DNA of 64,000 nt, from the NCBI GenBank assembly GCA_964016885.1, contig OZ024740.1:425754001-425818000 (forward strand), written 5' to 3'. The notes below the pieces were generated by a model. That model searched no databases and was not told where the DNA came from. It worked only from the letters and a program-made list of their open reading frames with translations. Positions 28,101-43,100 of this stretch are shown in pieces; the stretch's first letter is position 1, and every line of letters starts with the position of its first letter. The DNA is from Eledone cirrhosa. Taxonomy: Eukaryota. A program made the translations under genes and the position numbers.

Positions 28101-31100
28101 AACCACATACCCCACCCACGTTCCCCATCTATACAGCCTTCAATAGCCTATTTCTCTAACCACATACCCCACCCACGTTCCCCATCTATACAGCCTTCAA
28201 TAGCCTATTTCTCTAACCACATACCCCACCTCCCGTTCCCCATCTATACAGCCTTCAATAGCCTATTTCTCTAACCACATACCCCACCCACGTTCCCCAT
28301 CTATACAGCCTTCAATAGCCTATTTCTCTAACCACTACACCACCTCCCGTTCCCCATCTATACAGCCTTCAGTAGCCTATTTCTCTAACCACATACCCCA
28401 CCCATGTTCCCCATCTATACAGCCTTCAATAGCCTATTTCTCTAACCACATACCCCACCCATGTTCCCCATCTATACAGCTTTCAATAGCCTATTTCTCT
28501 AACCACATACCCCACCCATGTTCCCCATCTATACAGCCTTCAATAGCCTATTTCTCTAACCACTACACCACCTCCCGTTCCCCAACTATACAGCCTTCAA
28601 TAGCCTATTTCTCTAACCACATACCCTACCCACGTTCCCCATCTATACAGCCTTCAATAGCCTATTTCTCTAACCACTACACCACCTCCCGTTCCCCATC
28701 TATACAGCCTTCAATAGCCTATTTCTCTAACCACATACCCCACCCACGTTCCCCATCTATACAGCCTTCAATAGCCTATTTCTCTAACCACATACCCCAC
28801 CCACGTTCCCCATCTATACAGCCTTCAATAGCCTATTTCTCTAACCACATACCCCACCTCCCGTTCCCCATCTATACAGCCTTCAATAGCTTATTTCTCT
28901 AACCACATACCCACCCACGTTCCCCATCTATACAGCCTTCAATAGCTTATTTCTCTAACCACATACCCCACCTCCCGTTCCCCATCTATACAGCCTTCAA
29001 TAGCCTATTTCTCTAACCACATACCCCACCCACGTTCCCCATCTATACAGCCTTCAATAGCCTATTTCTCTAACCACATACCCCACCTCCTGTTCCCCAT
29101 CTATACAGCCTTCAATAGCCTATTTCTCTAACCACTACACCACCTCCTGTTCCCCATCTATACAGCCTTCAATAGCTTATTTCTCTAACCACATACCCCA
29201 CCCACGTTCCCCATCTATACAGCCTTCAATAGCCTATTTCTCTAACCACATACCCCACCTCCTGTTCCCCATCTATACAGCCTTCAATAGCCTATTTCTC
29301 TAACCACTACACCACCTCCTGTTCCCCATCTATACAGCCTTCAATAGCTTATTTCTCTAACCACATACCCCACCCACGTTCCCCATCTATACAGCCTTCA
29401 ATAGCCTATTTCTCTAACCACATACCCCACCTCCCGTTCCCCATCTATACAGCCTTCAATAGCCTATTTCTCTAACCACATACCCCACCTCCCGTTCCCC
29501 ATCTATACAGCCTTCAATAGCCTATTTCTCTAACCACATACCCCACCCACGTTCCCCATCTATACAGCCTTCAATAGCCTATTTCTCTAACCACTACACC
29601 ACCTCCTGTTCCCCATCTATACAGCCTTCAATAGCCTATTTCTCTAACCACTACACCACCTCCCGTTCCCCATCTATACAGCCTTCAATAGCCTATTTCA
29701 CTAACCACTACACCACCTCCCGTTCCCCATCTATACAGCCTTCATCTAAGCCTATTTCTCTAACCACTACACCACCTCCTGTTCCCCATCTATACAGCCT
29801 TCAATAGCTTATTTCTCTAACCACATACCCCACCCACGTTCCCCATCTATACAGCCTTCAATAGCCTATTTCTCTAACCACTACACCACCTCCTGTTCCC
29901 CATCTATACAGCCTTCAATAGCCTATTTCTCTAACCACTACACCACCTCCCGTTCCCCATCTATACAGCGTTCAATAGCCTATTTCACTAACCACTACAC
30001 CACCTCCCGTTCCCCAACTATACAGCCTTCAATAGCCTATTTCTCTAACCACATACCCCACCTCCCGTTCCCCATCTATACAGCCTTCAATAGCCTATTT
30101 CTCTAACCACTACACCACCTCCCGTTCCCCATCTATACAGCCTTCAATAGCCTATTTCTCTAACCACATACCCCACCTCCCGTTCCCCATCTATACAGCC
30201 TTCAATAGCCTATTTCACTAACCACTACACCACCTCCCGTTCCCCATCTATACAGCCTTCAATAGCCTATTTCTCTAACCACATACCCCACCTCCCGTTC
30301 CCCATCTATACAGCCTTCAATAGCCTATTTCTCTAACCACTACACCACTCCCGTTCCCCATCTATACAGCCTTCAATAGCCTATTTCTCTAACCACATAC
30401 CCCACCTCCCGTTCCCCATCTATACAGCCTTCAATAGCTTATTTCTCTAACCACTACACCACCTCCCGTTCCCCATCTATACAGCCTTCAATAGCCTATT
30501 TCTCTAACCACTACACCACCTCCCGTTCCCCATCTATACAGCCTTCAATAGCCTATTTCTCTAACCACATACCCCACCTCCCGTTCCCCATCTATACAGC
30601 CTTCAATAGCCTATTTCTCTAACCACATACCCCACCCACGTTCCCCATCTATACAGCCTTCAATAGCCTATTTCTCTAACCACATACCCCACCCACGTTC
30701 CCCATCTATACAGCCTTCAATAGCTTATTTCTCTAACCACATACCCCACCTCCCGTTCCCCATCTATACAGCCTTCAATAGCCTATTTCTCTAACCACAT
30801 ACCCCACCTCCCGTTCCCCATCTATACAGCCTTCAATAGCCTATTTCTCTAACCACATACCCCACCCACGTTCCCCATCTATACAGCCTTCAATAGCCTA
30901 TTTCTCTAACCACATACCCCACCCACGTTCCCCATCTATACAGCCTTCAATAGCCTATTTCTCTAACCACATACCCCACCTCCCGTTCCCCATCTATACA
31001 GCCTTCAATAGCCTATTTCACTAACCACTACACCACCTCCCGTTCCCCATCTATACAGCCTTCAATAGCCTATTTCACTAACCACTACACCCACCTCCCG

Positions 31101-34100
31101 TTCCCCATCTATACAGCCTTCAATAGCCTATTTCTCTAACCACATACCCCACCCACGTTCCCCAACTATACAGCCTTCAATAGCCTATTTCTCTAACAAC
31201 TACACCACCTCCCGTTCCCCATCTATACAGCCTTCAATAGCCTATTTCTCTAACCACATACCCCACCTCCCGTTCCCCATCTATACAGCCTTCAATAGCC
31301 TATTTCTCTAACCACATACCCCACCTCCCGTTCCCCATCTATACAGCCTTCAATAGCCTATTTCTCTAACCACTACACCACCCACGTTCCCCATCTATAC
31401 AGCCTTCAATAGCCTATTTCTCTAACCACATACCCCACCTCCCGTTCCCCATCTATACAGCCTTCAATAGCCTATTTCTCTAACCACATCCCCCACCAAC
31501 GTTCCCCATCTATACAGCCTTCAATAGCCTATTTCACTAACCACTACACCACCTCCCGTTCCCCATCTATACAGCCTTCAATAGCCTATTTCACTAACCA
31601 CTACACCACCTCCCGTTCCCCATCTATACAGCCTTCAATAGCCTATTTCTCTAACCACATACCCCACCTCCCGTTCCCCATCTATACAGCCTTCAATAGC
31701 CTATTTCTCTAACCACTACACCACCTCCCGTTCCCCATCTATACAGCCTTCAATAGCCTATTTCTCTAACCACATACCCCACCTCCCGTTCCCCATCTAT
31801 ACAGCCTTCAATAGCCTATTTCTCTAACCACATACCCCACCCATGTTCCCCATCTATACAGCCTTCAATAGCCTATTTCACTAACCACTACACCACCTCC
31901 CGTTCCCCATCTATACAGCCTTCAATAGCCTATTTCTCTAACCACATACCCCACCTCCCGTTCCCCATCTATACAGCCTTCAATAGCCTATTTCTCTAAC
32001 CACATACCCCACCTCCCGTTCCCCATCTATACAGCCTTCAATAGCCTATTTCTCTAACCACATACCCCACCTCCCGTTCCCCATCTATACAGCCTTCAAT
32101 AGCCTATTTCACTAACCACATACCCCACCTCCCGTTCCCCAACTATACAGCCTTCAATAGCCTATTTCTCTAACCACATACACCACCTCCCGTTCCCCAT
32201 CTATACAGCCTTCAATAGCCTATTTCTCTAACCACATACCCCACCCACGTTCCCCATCTATACAGCCTTCAATAGCCTATTTCTCTAACCACTACACCAC
32301 CTCCCGTTCCCCAACTATACAGCCTTCAATAGCCTATTTCTCTAACCACTACACCACCTCCCGTTCCCCATCTATACAGCCTTCAATAGCCTATTTCTCT
32401 AACCACTACACCACCTCCCGTTCCCCATCTATACAGCCTTCAATAGCCTATTTCTCTAACCACATACCCCACCTCCCGTTCCCCATCTATACAGCCTTCA
32501 ATAGCCTATTTCTCTAACCACTACACCACCTCCCGTTCCCCATCTATACAGCCTTCAATAGCCTATTTCTCTAACCACATACCCCACCCACGTTCCCCAT
32601 CTATACAGCCTTCAATAGCCTATTTCTCTAACCACTACACCACCTCCCGTTCCCCATCTATACAGCCTTCAATAGCCTATTTCTCTAACCACTACACCAC
32701 CTCCCGTTCCCCATCTATACAGCCTTCAATAGCCTATTTCTCTAACCACTACACCACCTCCCGTTCCCCATCTATACAGCCTTCAATAGCCTATTTCTCT
32801 AACCACTACACCACCTCCCGTTCCCCATCTATACAGCCTTCAATAGCCTATTTCTCTAACCACTACACCACCTCCCGTTCCCCATCTATACAGCCTTCAA
32901 TAGCCTATTTCACTAACCACTACACCACCTCCCGTTCCCCATCTATACAGCCTTCAATAGCCTATTTCTCTAACCACATACCCCACCTCCCGTTCCCCAT
33001 CTATACAGCCTTCAATAGCCTATTTCACTAACCACTACACCACCTCCCGTTCCCCATCTATACAGCCTTCAATAGCCTATTTCTCTAACCACATACCCCA
33101 CCTCCCGTTCCCCATCTATACAGCCTTCAATAGCCTATTTCTCTAACCACTACACCACCTCCCGTTCCCCATCTATACAGCCTTCAATAGCCTATTTCTC
33201 TAACCACTACACCACCTCCCGTTCCCCATCTATACAGCCTTCAATAGCCTATTTCACTAACCACTACACCACCTCCCGTTCCCCATCTATACAGCCTTCA
33301 ATAGCCTATTTCTCTAACCACATACCCCACCTCCCGTTCCCCATCTATACAGCCTTCAATAGCCTATTTCACTAACCACTACACCACCTCCCGTTCCCCA
33401 TCTATACAGCCTTCAATAGCCTATTTCTCTAACCACATACCCCACCTCCTGTTCCCCATCTATACAGCCTTCAATAGCCTATTTCTCTAACCACTACACC
33501 ACCTCCCGTTCCCCATCTATACAGCCTTCAATAGCCTATTTCACTAACCACTACACCACCTCCCGTTCCCCATCTATACAGCCTTCAATAGCCTATTTCT
33601 CTAACCACATACCCCACCTCCCGTTCCCCATCTATACAGCCTTCAATAGCCTATTTCTCTAACCACTACACCACCTCCCGTTCCCCATCTATACAGCCTT
33701 CAATAGCCTATTTCACTAACCACTACACCACCTCCCGTTCCCCATCTATACAGCCTTCAATAGCCTATTTCTCTAACCACATACCCCACCTCCCGTTCCC
33801 CATCTATACAGCCTTCAATAGCCTATTTCACTAACCACTACACCACCTCCCGTTCCCCATCTATACAGCCTTCAATAGCCTATTTCTCTAACCACTACAC
33901 CACCTCCCGTTCCCCATCTATACAGCCTTCAATAGCCTATTTCTCTAACCACATACCCCACCTCCCGTTCCCCATCTATACAGCCTTCAATAGCCTATTT
34001 CTCTAACCACTTCACCACCTCCCGTTCCCCATCTATACAGCCTTCAATAGCCTATTTCTCTAACCACATACCCCACCTCCCGTTCCCCATCTATACAGCC

Positions 34101-37100
34101 TTCAATAGCCTATTTCTCTAACCACTACACCACCTCCCGTTCCCCATCTATACAGCCTTCAATAGCCTATTTCTCTAACCACTACACCACCTCCCGTTCC
34201 CCATCTATACAGCCTTCAATAGCCTATTTCTCTAACCACTACACCACCTCCCGTTCCCCATCTATACAGCCTTCAATAGCCTATTTCTCTAACCACATAC
34301 CCCACCCACGTTCCCCATCTATACAGCCTTCAATAGCCTATTTCTCTAACCACATACCCCACCTCCCGTTCCCCATCTATACAGCCTTCAATAGCCTATT
34401 TCTCTAACCACTACACCACCTCCCGTTCCCCATCTATACAGCCTTCAATAGCCTATTTCTCTAACCACATACCCCACCCACGTTCCCCATCTATACAGCC
34501 TTCAATAGCCTATTTCTCTAACCACATACCCCACCTCCCGTTCCCCATCTATACAGCCTTCAATAGCCTATTTCTCTAACCACTACACCACCTCCCGTTC
34601 CCCATCTATACAGCCTTCAATAGCCTATTTCTCTAACCACATACCCCACCTCCCGTTCCCCATCTATACAGCCTTCAATAGCCTATTTCTCTAACCACTA
34701 CACCACCTCCCGTTCCCCATCTATACAGCCTTCAATAGCTTATTTCTCTAACCACTACACCACCTCCTGTTCCCCATCTATACAGCCTTCAATAGCCTAT
34801 TTCTCTAACCACATACCCCACCTCCCGTTCCCCATCTATACAGCCTTCAATAGCCTATTTCACTAACCACTACACCACCTCCCGTTCCCCATCTATACAG
34901 CCTTCAATAGCCTATTTCTCTAACCACATACCCCACCCACGTTCCCCATCTATACAGCCTTCAATAGCCTATTTCTCTAACCACATACCCCACCTCCCGT
35001 TCCCCATCTATACAGCCTTCAATAGCCTATTTCACTAACCACTACACCACCTCCCGTTCCCCATCTATACAGCCTTCAATAGCCTATTTCTCTAACCACA
35101 TACCCCACCCACGTTCCCCATCTATACAGCCTTCAATAGCCTATTTCTCTAACCACTACACCACCTCCCGTTCCCCATCTATACAGCCTTCAATAGCCTA
35201 TTTCTCTAACCACTACACCACCTCCCGTTCCCCATCTATACAGCCTTCAATAGCTTATTTCTCTAACCACTACACCACCTCCCGTTCCCCATCTATACAG
35301 CCTTCAATAGCCTATTTCTCTAACCACTACACCACCTCCCGTTCCCCATCTATACAGCCTTCAATAGCCTATTTCTCTAACCACTACACCACCTCCCGTT
35401 CCCCATCTATACAGCCTTCAATAGCCTATTTCTCTAACCACATACCCCACCTCCCGTTCCCCATCTATACAGCCTTCAATAGCCTATTTCTCTAACCACT
35501 ACACCACCTCCCGTTCCCCATCTATACAGCCTTCAATAGCTTATTTCTCTAACCACTACACCACCTCCTGTTCCCCATCTATACAGCCTTCAATAGCCTA
35601 TTTCTCTAACCACTACACCACCTCCCGTTCCCCATCTATACAGCCTTCAATAGCCTATTTCACTAACCACTACACCACCTCCCGTTCCCCATCTATACAG
35701 CCTTCAATAGCCTATTTCTCTAACCACATACCCCACCTCCCGTTCCCCATCTATACAGCCTTCAATAGCCTATTTCTCTAACCACTACACCACCTCCCGT
35801 TCCCCATCTATACAGCCTTCAATAGCCTATTTCACTAACCACTACACCACCTCCCGTTCCCCATCTATACAGCCTTCAATAGCCTATTTCTCTAACCACA
35901 TACCCCACCTCCCGTTCCCCATCTATACAGCCTTCAATAGCCTATTTCACTAACCACTACACCACCTCCCGTTCCCCATCTATACAGCCTTCAATAGCCT
36001 ATTTCTCTAACCACTACACCACCTCCCGTTCCCCATCTATACAGCCTTCAATAGCCTATTTCTCTAACCACTACACCACCTCCCGTTCCCCATCTATACA
36101 GCCTTCAATAGCCTATTTCTCTAACCACATACCCCACCTCCCGTTCCCCAACTATACAGCCTTCAATAGCCTATTTCTCTAACCACTACACCACCTCCCG
36201 TTCCCCATCTATACAGCCTTCAATAGCCTATTTCTCTAACCACATACCCCACCTCCCGTTCCCCAACTATACAGCCTTCAATAGCCTATTTCTCTAACCA
36301 CATACCCCACCTCCCGTTCCCCAACTATACAGCCTTCAATAGCCTATTTCTCTAACCACTACACCACCTCCCGTTCCCCATCTATACAGCCTTCAATAGC
36401 CTATTTCTCTAACCACATACCCCACCTCCCGTTCCCCATCTATACAGCCTTCAATAGCCTATTTCTCTAACCACATACCCCACCTCCCGTTCCCCAACTA
36501 TACAGCCTTCAATAGCCTATTTCTCTAACCACATACCCCACCCACGTTCCCCATCTATACAGCCTTCAATAGCCTATTTCACTAACCACTACACCACCTC
36601 CCGTTCCCCATCTATACAGCCTTCAATAGCCTATTTCTCTAACCACTACACCACCTCCCGTTCCCCATCTATACAGCCTTCAATAGCCTATTTCTCTAAC
36701 CACATACCCCACCTCCCGTTCCCCAACTATACAGCCTTCAATAGCCTATTTCTCTAACCACTACACCACCTCCCGTTCCCCATCTATACAGCCTTCAATA
36801 GCCTATTTCTCTAACCACATACCCCACCTCCCGTTCCCCATCTATACAGCCTTCAATAGCCTATTTCTCTAACCACATACCCCACCTCCCGTTCCCCAAC
36901 TATACAGCCTTCAATAGCCTATTTCTCTAACCACATACCCCACCCACGTTCCCCATCTATACAGCCTTCAATAGCCTATTTCTCTAACCACTACACCACC
37001 TCCCGTTCCCCATCTATACAGCCTTCAATAGCCTATTTCTCTAACCACTACACCACCTCCCGTTCCCCATCTATACAGCCTTCAATAGCCTATTTCTCTA

Positions 37101-40100
37101 ACCACATACCCCACCTCCCGTTCCCCATCTATACAGCCTTCAATAGCCTATTTCTCTAACCACTACACCACCTCCCGTTCCCCATCTATACAGCCTTCAA
37201 TAGCCTATTTCTCTAACCACATACCCCACCTCCCGTTCCCCATCTATACAGCCTTCAATAGCCTATTTCTCTAACCACATACCCCACCTCCCGTTCCCCA
37301 TCTATACAGCCTTCAATAGCCTATTTCACTAACCACTACACCACCTCCCGTTCCCCATCTATACAGCCTTCAATAGCCTATTTCTCTAACCACTACACCA
37401 CCTCCCGTTCCCCATCTATACAGCCTTCAATAGCCTATTTCTCTAACCACTACACCACCTCCCGTTCCCCATCTATACAGCCTTCAATAGCCTATTTCTC
37501 TAACCACATACCCCACCTCCCGTTCCCCAACTATACAGCCTTCAATAGCCTATTTCTCTAACCACATACCCCACCTCCCGTTCCCCAACTATACAGCCTT
37601 CAATAGCCTATTTCTCTAACCACATACCCCACCCACGTTCCCCATCTATACAGCCTTCAATAGCCTATTTCTCTAACCACTACACCACCTCCCGTTCCCC
37701 ATCTATACAGCCTTCAATAGCCTATTTCTCTAACCACTACACCACCTCCCGTTCCCCATCTATACAGCCTTCAATAGCCTATTTCTCTAACCACATACCC
37801 CACCTCCCGTTCCCCATCTATACAGCCTTCAATAGCCTATTTCTCTAACCACTACACCACCTCCCGTTCCCCATCTATACAGCCTTCAATAGCCTATTTC
37901 TCTAGCCACTACACCACCTCCCGTTCCCCATCTATACAGCCTTCAATAGCCTATTTCTCTAACCACATACCCCACCTCCCGTTCCCCATCTATACAGCCT
38001 TCAATAGCCTATTTCTCTAGCCACTACACCACCTCCCGTTCCCCATCTATACAGCCTTCAATAGCCTATTTCTCTAACCACTACACCACCTCCCGTTCCC
38101 CATCTATACAGCCTTCAATAGCCTATTTCACTAACCACTACACCACCTCCCGTTCCCCATCTATACAGCCTTCAATAGCCTATTTCTCTAACCACTACAC
38201 CACCTCCCGTTCCCCATCTATACAGCCTTCAATAGCCTATTTCTCTAACCACTACACCACCTCCCGTTCCCCATCTATACAGCCTTCAATAGCCTATTTC
38301 ACTAACCACTACACCACCTCCCGTTCCCCATCTATACAGCCTTCAATAGCCTATTTCTCTAACCACTACACCACCTCCCGTTCCCCATCTATACAGCCTT
38401 CAATAGCCTATTTCTCTAACCACTACACCACCTCCCGTTCCCCATCTATACAGCCTTCAATAGCCTATTTCTCTAACCACATACCCCACCTCCCGTTCCC
38501 CATCTATACAGCCTTCAATAGCCTATTTCTCTAACCACTACACCACCTCCCGTTCCCCATCTATACAGCCTTCAATAGCCTATTTCTCTAACCACTACAC
38601 CACCTCCCGTTCCCCATCTATACAGCCTTCAATAGCCTATTTCTCTAACCACTACACCACCTCCCGTTCCCCATCTATACAGCCTTCAATAGCCTATTTC
38701 ACTAACCACTACACCACCTCCCGTTCCCCATCTATACAGCCTTCAATAGCCTATTTCTCTAACCACTACACCACCTCCCGTTCCCCATCTATACAGCCTT
38801 CAATAGCCTATTTCTCTAACCACATACCCCACCTCCCGTTCCCCAACTATACAGCCTTCAATAGCCTATTTCTCTAACCACTACACCACCTCCCGTTCCC
38901 CATCTATACAGCCTTCAATAGCCTATTTCTCTAACCACTACACCACCTCCCGTTCCCCATCTATACAGCCTTCAATAGCCTATTTCTCTAACCACATACC
39001 CCACCTCCCGTTCCCCATCTATACAGCCTTCAATAGCCTATTTCTCTAACCACATACCCCACCCACGTTCCCCATCTATACAGCCTTCAATAGCCTATTT
39101 CTCTAACCACATACCCCACCTCCCGTTCCCCATCTATACAGCCTTCAATAGCCTATTTCTCTAACCACTACACCACCTCCCGTTCCCCATCTATACAGCC
39201 TTCAATAGCCTATTTCTCTAACCACATACCCCACCCACGTTCCCCATCTATACAGCCTTCAATAGCCTATTTCTCTAACCACATACCCCACCTCCCGTTC
39301 CCCATCTATACAGCCTTCAATAGCCTATTTCTCTAACCACTACACCACCTCCCGTTCCCCATCTATACAGCCTTCAATAGCCTATTTCTCTAACCACTAC
39401 ACCACCTCCCGTTCCCCATCTATACAGCCTTAAATAGCTTATTTCTCTAACCACTACACCACCTCCCGTTCCCCATCTATACAGCCTTCAATAGCCTATT
39501 TCACTAACCACTTACCCCACCTCCCGTTCCCCATCTATACAGCCTTCAATAGCCTATTTCTCTAACCACTACACCACCACCCGTTCCCCATCTATACAGC
39601 CTTCAATAGCCTATTTCTCTAACCACATACCCCACCTCCCGTTCCCCATCTATACAGCCTTCAATAGCTTATTTCTCTAACCACTACACCACCTCCCGTT
39701 CCCCATCTATACAGCCTTCAATAGCCTATTTCTCTAACCACATACCCCACCCACGTTCCCCATCTATACAGCCTTCAATAGCCTATTTCTCTAACCACAT
39801 ACCCCACCTCCCGTTCCCCATCTATACAGCCTTCAATAGCCTATTTCTCTAACCACATACCCCACCTCCCGTTCCCCATCTATACAGCCTTCAATAGCCT
39901 ATTTCTCTAACCACATACCCCACCCACGTTCCCCATCTATACAGCCTTCAATAGCCTATTTCTCTAACCACATACCCCACCTCCCGTTCCCCATCTATAC
40001 AGCCTTCAATAGCCTATTTCTCTAACCACATACCCCACCCACGTTCCCCATCTATACAGCCTTCAATAGCCTATTTCTCTAACCACATACCCCACCTCCC

Positions 40101-43100
40101 GTTCCCCATCTATACAGCCTTCAATAGCCTATTTCTCTAACCACATACCCCACCCACGTTCCCCATCTATACAGCCTTCAATAGCCTATTTCTCTAACCA
40201 CATACCCCACCTCCCGTTCCCCATCTATACAGCCTTCAATAGCCTATTTCTCTAACCACATACCCCACCCACGTTCCCCATCTATACAGCCTTCAATAGC
40301 CTATTTCTCTAACCACATACCCCACCTCCCGTTCCCCATCTATACAGCCTTCAATAGCCTATTTCTCTAACCACATACCCCACCCACGTTCCCCATCTAT
40401 ACAGCCTTCAATAGCCTATTTCTCTAACCACATACCCCACCTCCCGTTCCCCATCTATACAGCCTTCAATAGCCTATTTCTCTAACCACATACCCCACCT
40501 CCCGTTCCCCATCTATACAGCCTTCAATAGCCTATTTCACTAACCACTACACCACCTCCCGTTCCCCATCTATACAGCCTTCAATAGCCTATTTCTCTAA
40601 CCACATACCCCACCTCCCGTTCCCCATCTATACAGCCTTCAATAGCCTATTTCACTAACCACTACACCACCTCCCGTTCCCCATCTATACAGCCTTCAAT
40701 AGCCTATTTCTCTAACCACATACCCCACCTCCCGTTCCCCATCTATACAGCCTTCAATAGCCTATTTCACTAACCACTACACCACCTCCCGTTCCCCATC
40801 TATACAGCCTTCAATAGCCTATTTCTCTAACCACATACCCCACCCACGTTCCCCATCTATACAGCCTTCAATAGCCTATTTCTCTAACCACATACCCCAC
40901 CTCCCGTTCCCCATCTATACAGCCTTCAATAGCCTATTTCTCTAACCACATACCCCACCTCCCGTTCCCCATCTATACAGCCTTCAATAGCCTATTTCTC
41001 TAACCACTACACCACCTCCCGTTCCCCATCTATACAGCCTTCAATAGCCTATTTCTCTAACCACATACCCCACCTCCCGTTCCCCATCTATACAGCCTTC
41101 AATAGCTTATTTCTCTAACCACTACACCACCTCCCGTTCCCCATCTATACAGCCTTCAATAGCTTATTTCTCTAACCACTACACCACCTCCCGTTCCCCA
41201 TCTATACAGCCTTCAATAGCCTATTTCTCTAACCACATACCCCACCCATGTTCCCCATCTATACAGCCTTCAATAGCCTATTTCTCTAACCACATACCCC
41301 ACCTCCCGTTCCCCATCTATACAGCCTTCAATAGCTTATTTCTCTAACCACTACACCACCTCCCGTTCCCCATCTATACAGCCTTCAATAGCTTATTTCT
41401 CTAACCACTACACCACCTCCCGTTCCCCATCTATACAGCCTTCAATAGCCTATTTCTCTAACCACATACCCCACCTCCCGTTCCCCATCTATACAGCCTT
41501 CAATAGCCTATTTCTCTAACCACATACCCCACCTCCCGTTCCCCATCTATACAACCTTCAATAGCTTATTTCTCTAACCACTACACCACCTCCCGTTCCC
41601 CATCTATACAGCCTTCAATAGCCTATTTCTCTAACCACATACCCCACCTCCCGTTCCCCATCTATACAGCCTTCAATAGCCTATTTCTCTAACCACATAC
41701 CCCACCCACGTTCCCCATATATACAGCCTTCAATAGCCTATTTCTCTAACCACATACCCCACCTCCCGTTCCCCATCTATACAGCCTTCAATAGCCTATT
41801 TCTCTAACCACATACCCCACCTCCCGTTCCCCATCTATACAGCCTTCAATAGCCTATTTCTCTAACCACATACCCCACCTCCCGTTCCCCATCTATACAG
41901 CCTTCAATAGCTTATTTCTCTAACCACTACACCACCTCCCGTTCCCCATCTATACAGCCTTCAATAGCCTATTTCTCTAACCACATACCCCACCTCCCGT
42001 TCCCCATCTATACAGCCTTCAATAGCCTATTTCTCTAACCACATACCCCACCTCCCGTTCCCCATCTATACAGCCTTCAATAGCTTATTTCTCTAACCAC
42101 TACACCACCTCCCGTTCCCCATCTATACAGCCTTCAATAGCCTATTTCTCTAACCACATACCCCACCTCCCGTTCCCCATCTATACAGCCTTCAATAGCC
42201 TATTTCTCTAACCACATACCCCACCTCCCGTTCCCCATCTATACAGCCTTCAATAGCTTATTTCTCTAACCACTACACCACCTCCCGTTCCCCATCTATA
42301 CAGCCTTCAATAGCCTATTTCTCTAACCACATACCCCACCTCCCGTTCCCCATCTATACAGCCTTCAATAGCCTATTTCTCTAACCACATACCCCACCTC
42401 CCGTTCCCCATCTATACAGCCTTCAATAGCCTATTTCTCTAACCACATACCCCACCTCCCGTTCCCCATCTATACAGCCTTCAATAGCCTATTTCTCTAA
42501 CCACATACCCCACCTCCCGTTCCCCATCTATACAGCCTTCAATAGCTTATTTCTCTAACCACATACCCCACCTCCCGTTCCCCATCTATACAGCCTTCAA
42601 TAGCCTATTTCTCTAACCACATACCCCACCTCCCGTTCCCCATCTATACAGCCTTCAATAGCTTATTTCTCTAACCACTACACCACCTCCCGTTCCCCAT
42701 CTATACAGCCTTCAATAGCCTATTTCTCTAACCACATACCCCACCTCCCGTTCCCCATCTATACAGCCTTCAATAGCCTATTTCTCTAACCACATACCCC
42801 ACCCACGTTCCCCATATATACAGCCTTCAATAGCCTATTTCTCTAACCACATACCCCACCTCCCGTTCCTCATCTATACAGCCTTCAATAGCCTATTTCT
42901 CTAACCACATACCCCACCTCCCGTTCCCCATCTATACAGCCTTCAATAGCCTATTTCTCTAACCACTACACCACCTCCCGTTCCCCATCTATACAGCCTT
43001 CAATAGCTTATTTCTCTAACCACATACCCCACCTCCCGTTCCCCATCTATACAGCCTTCAATAGCTTATTTCACTAACCACTACACCACCTCCCGTTCCC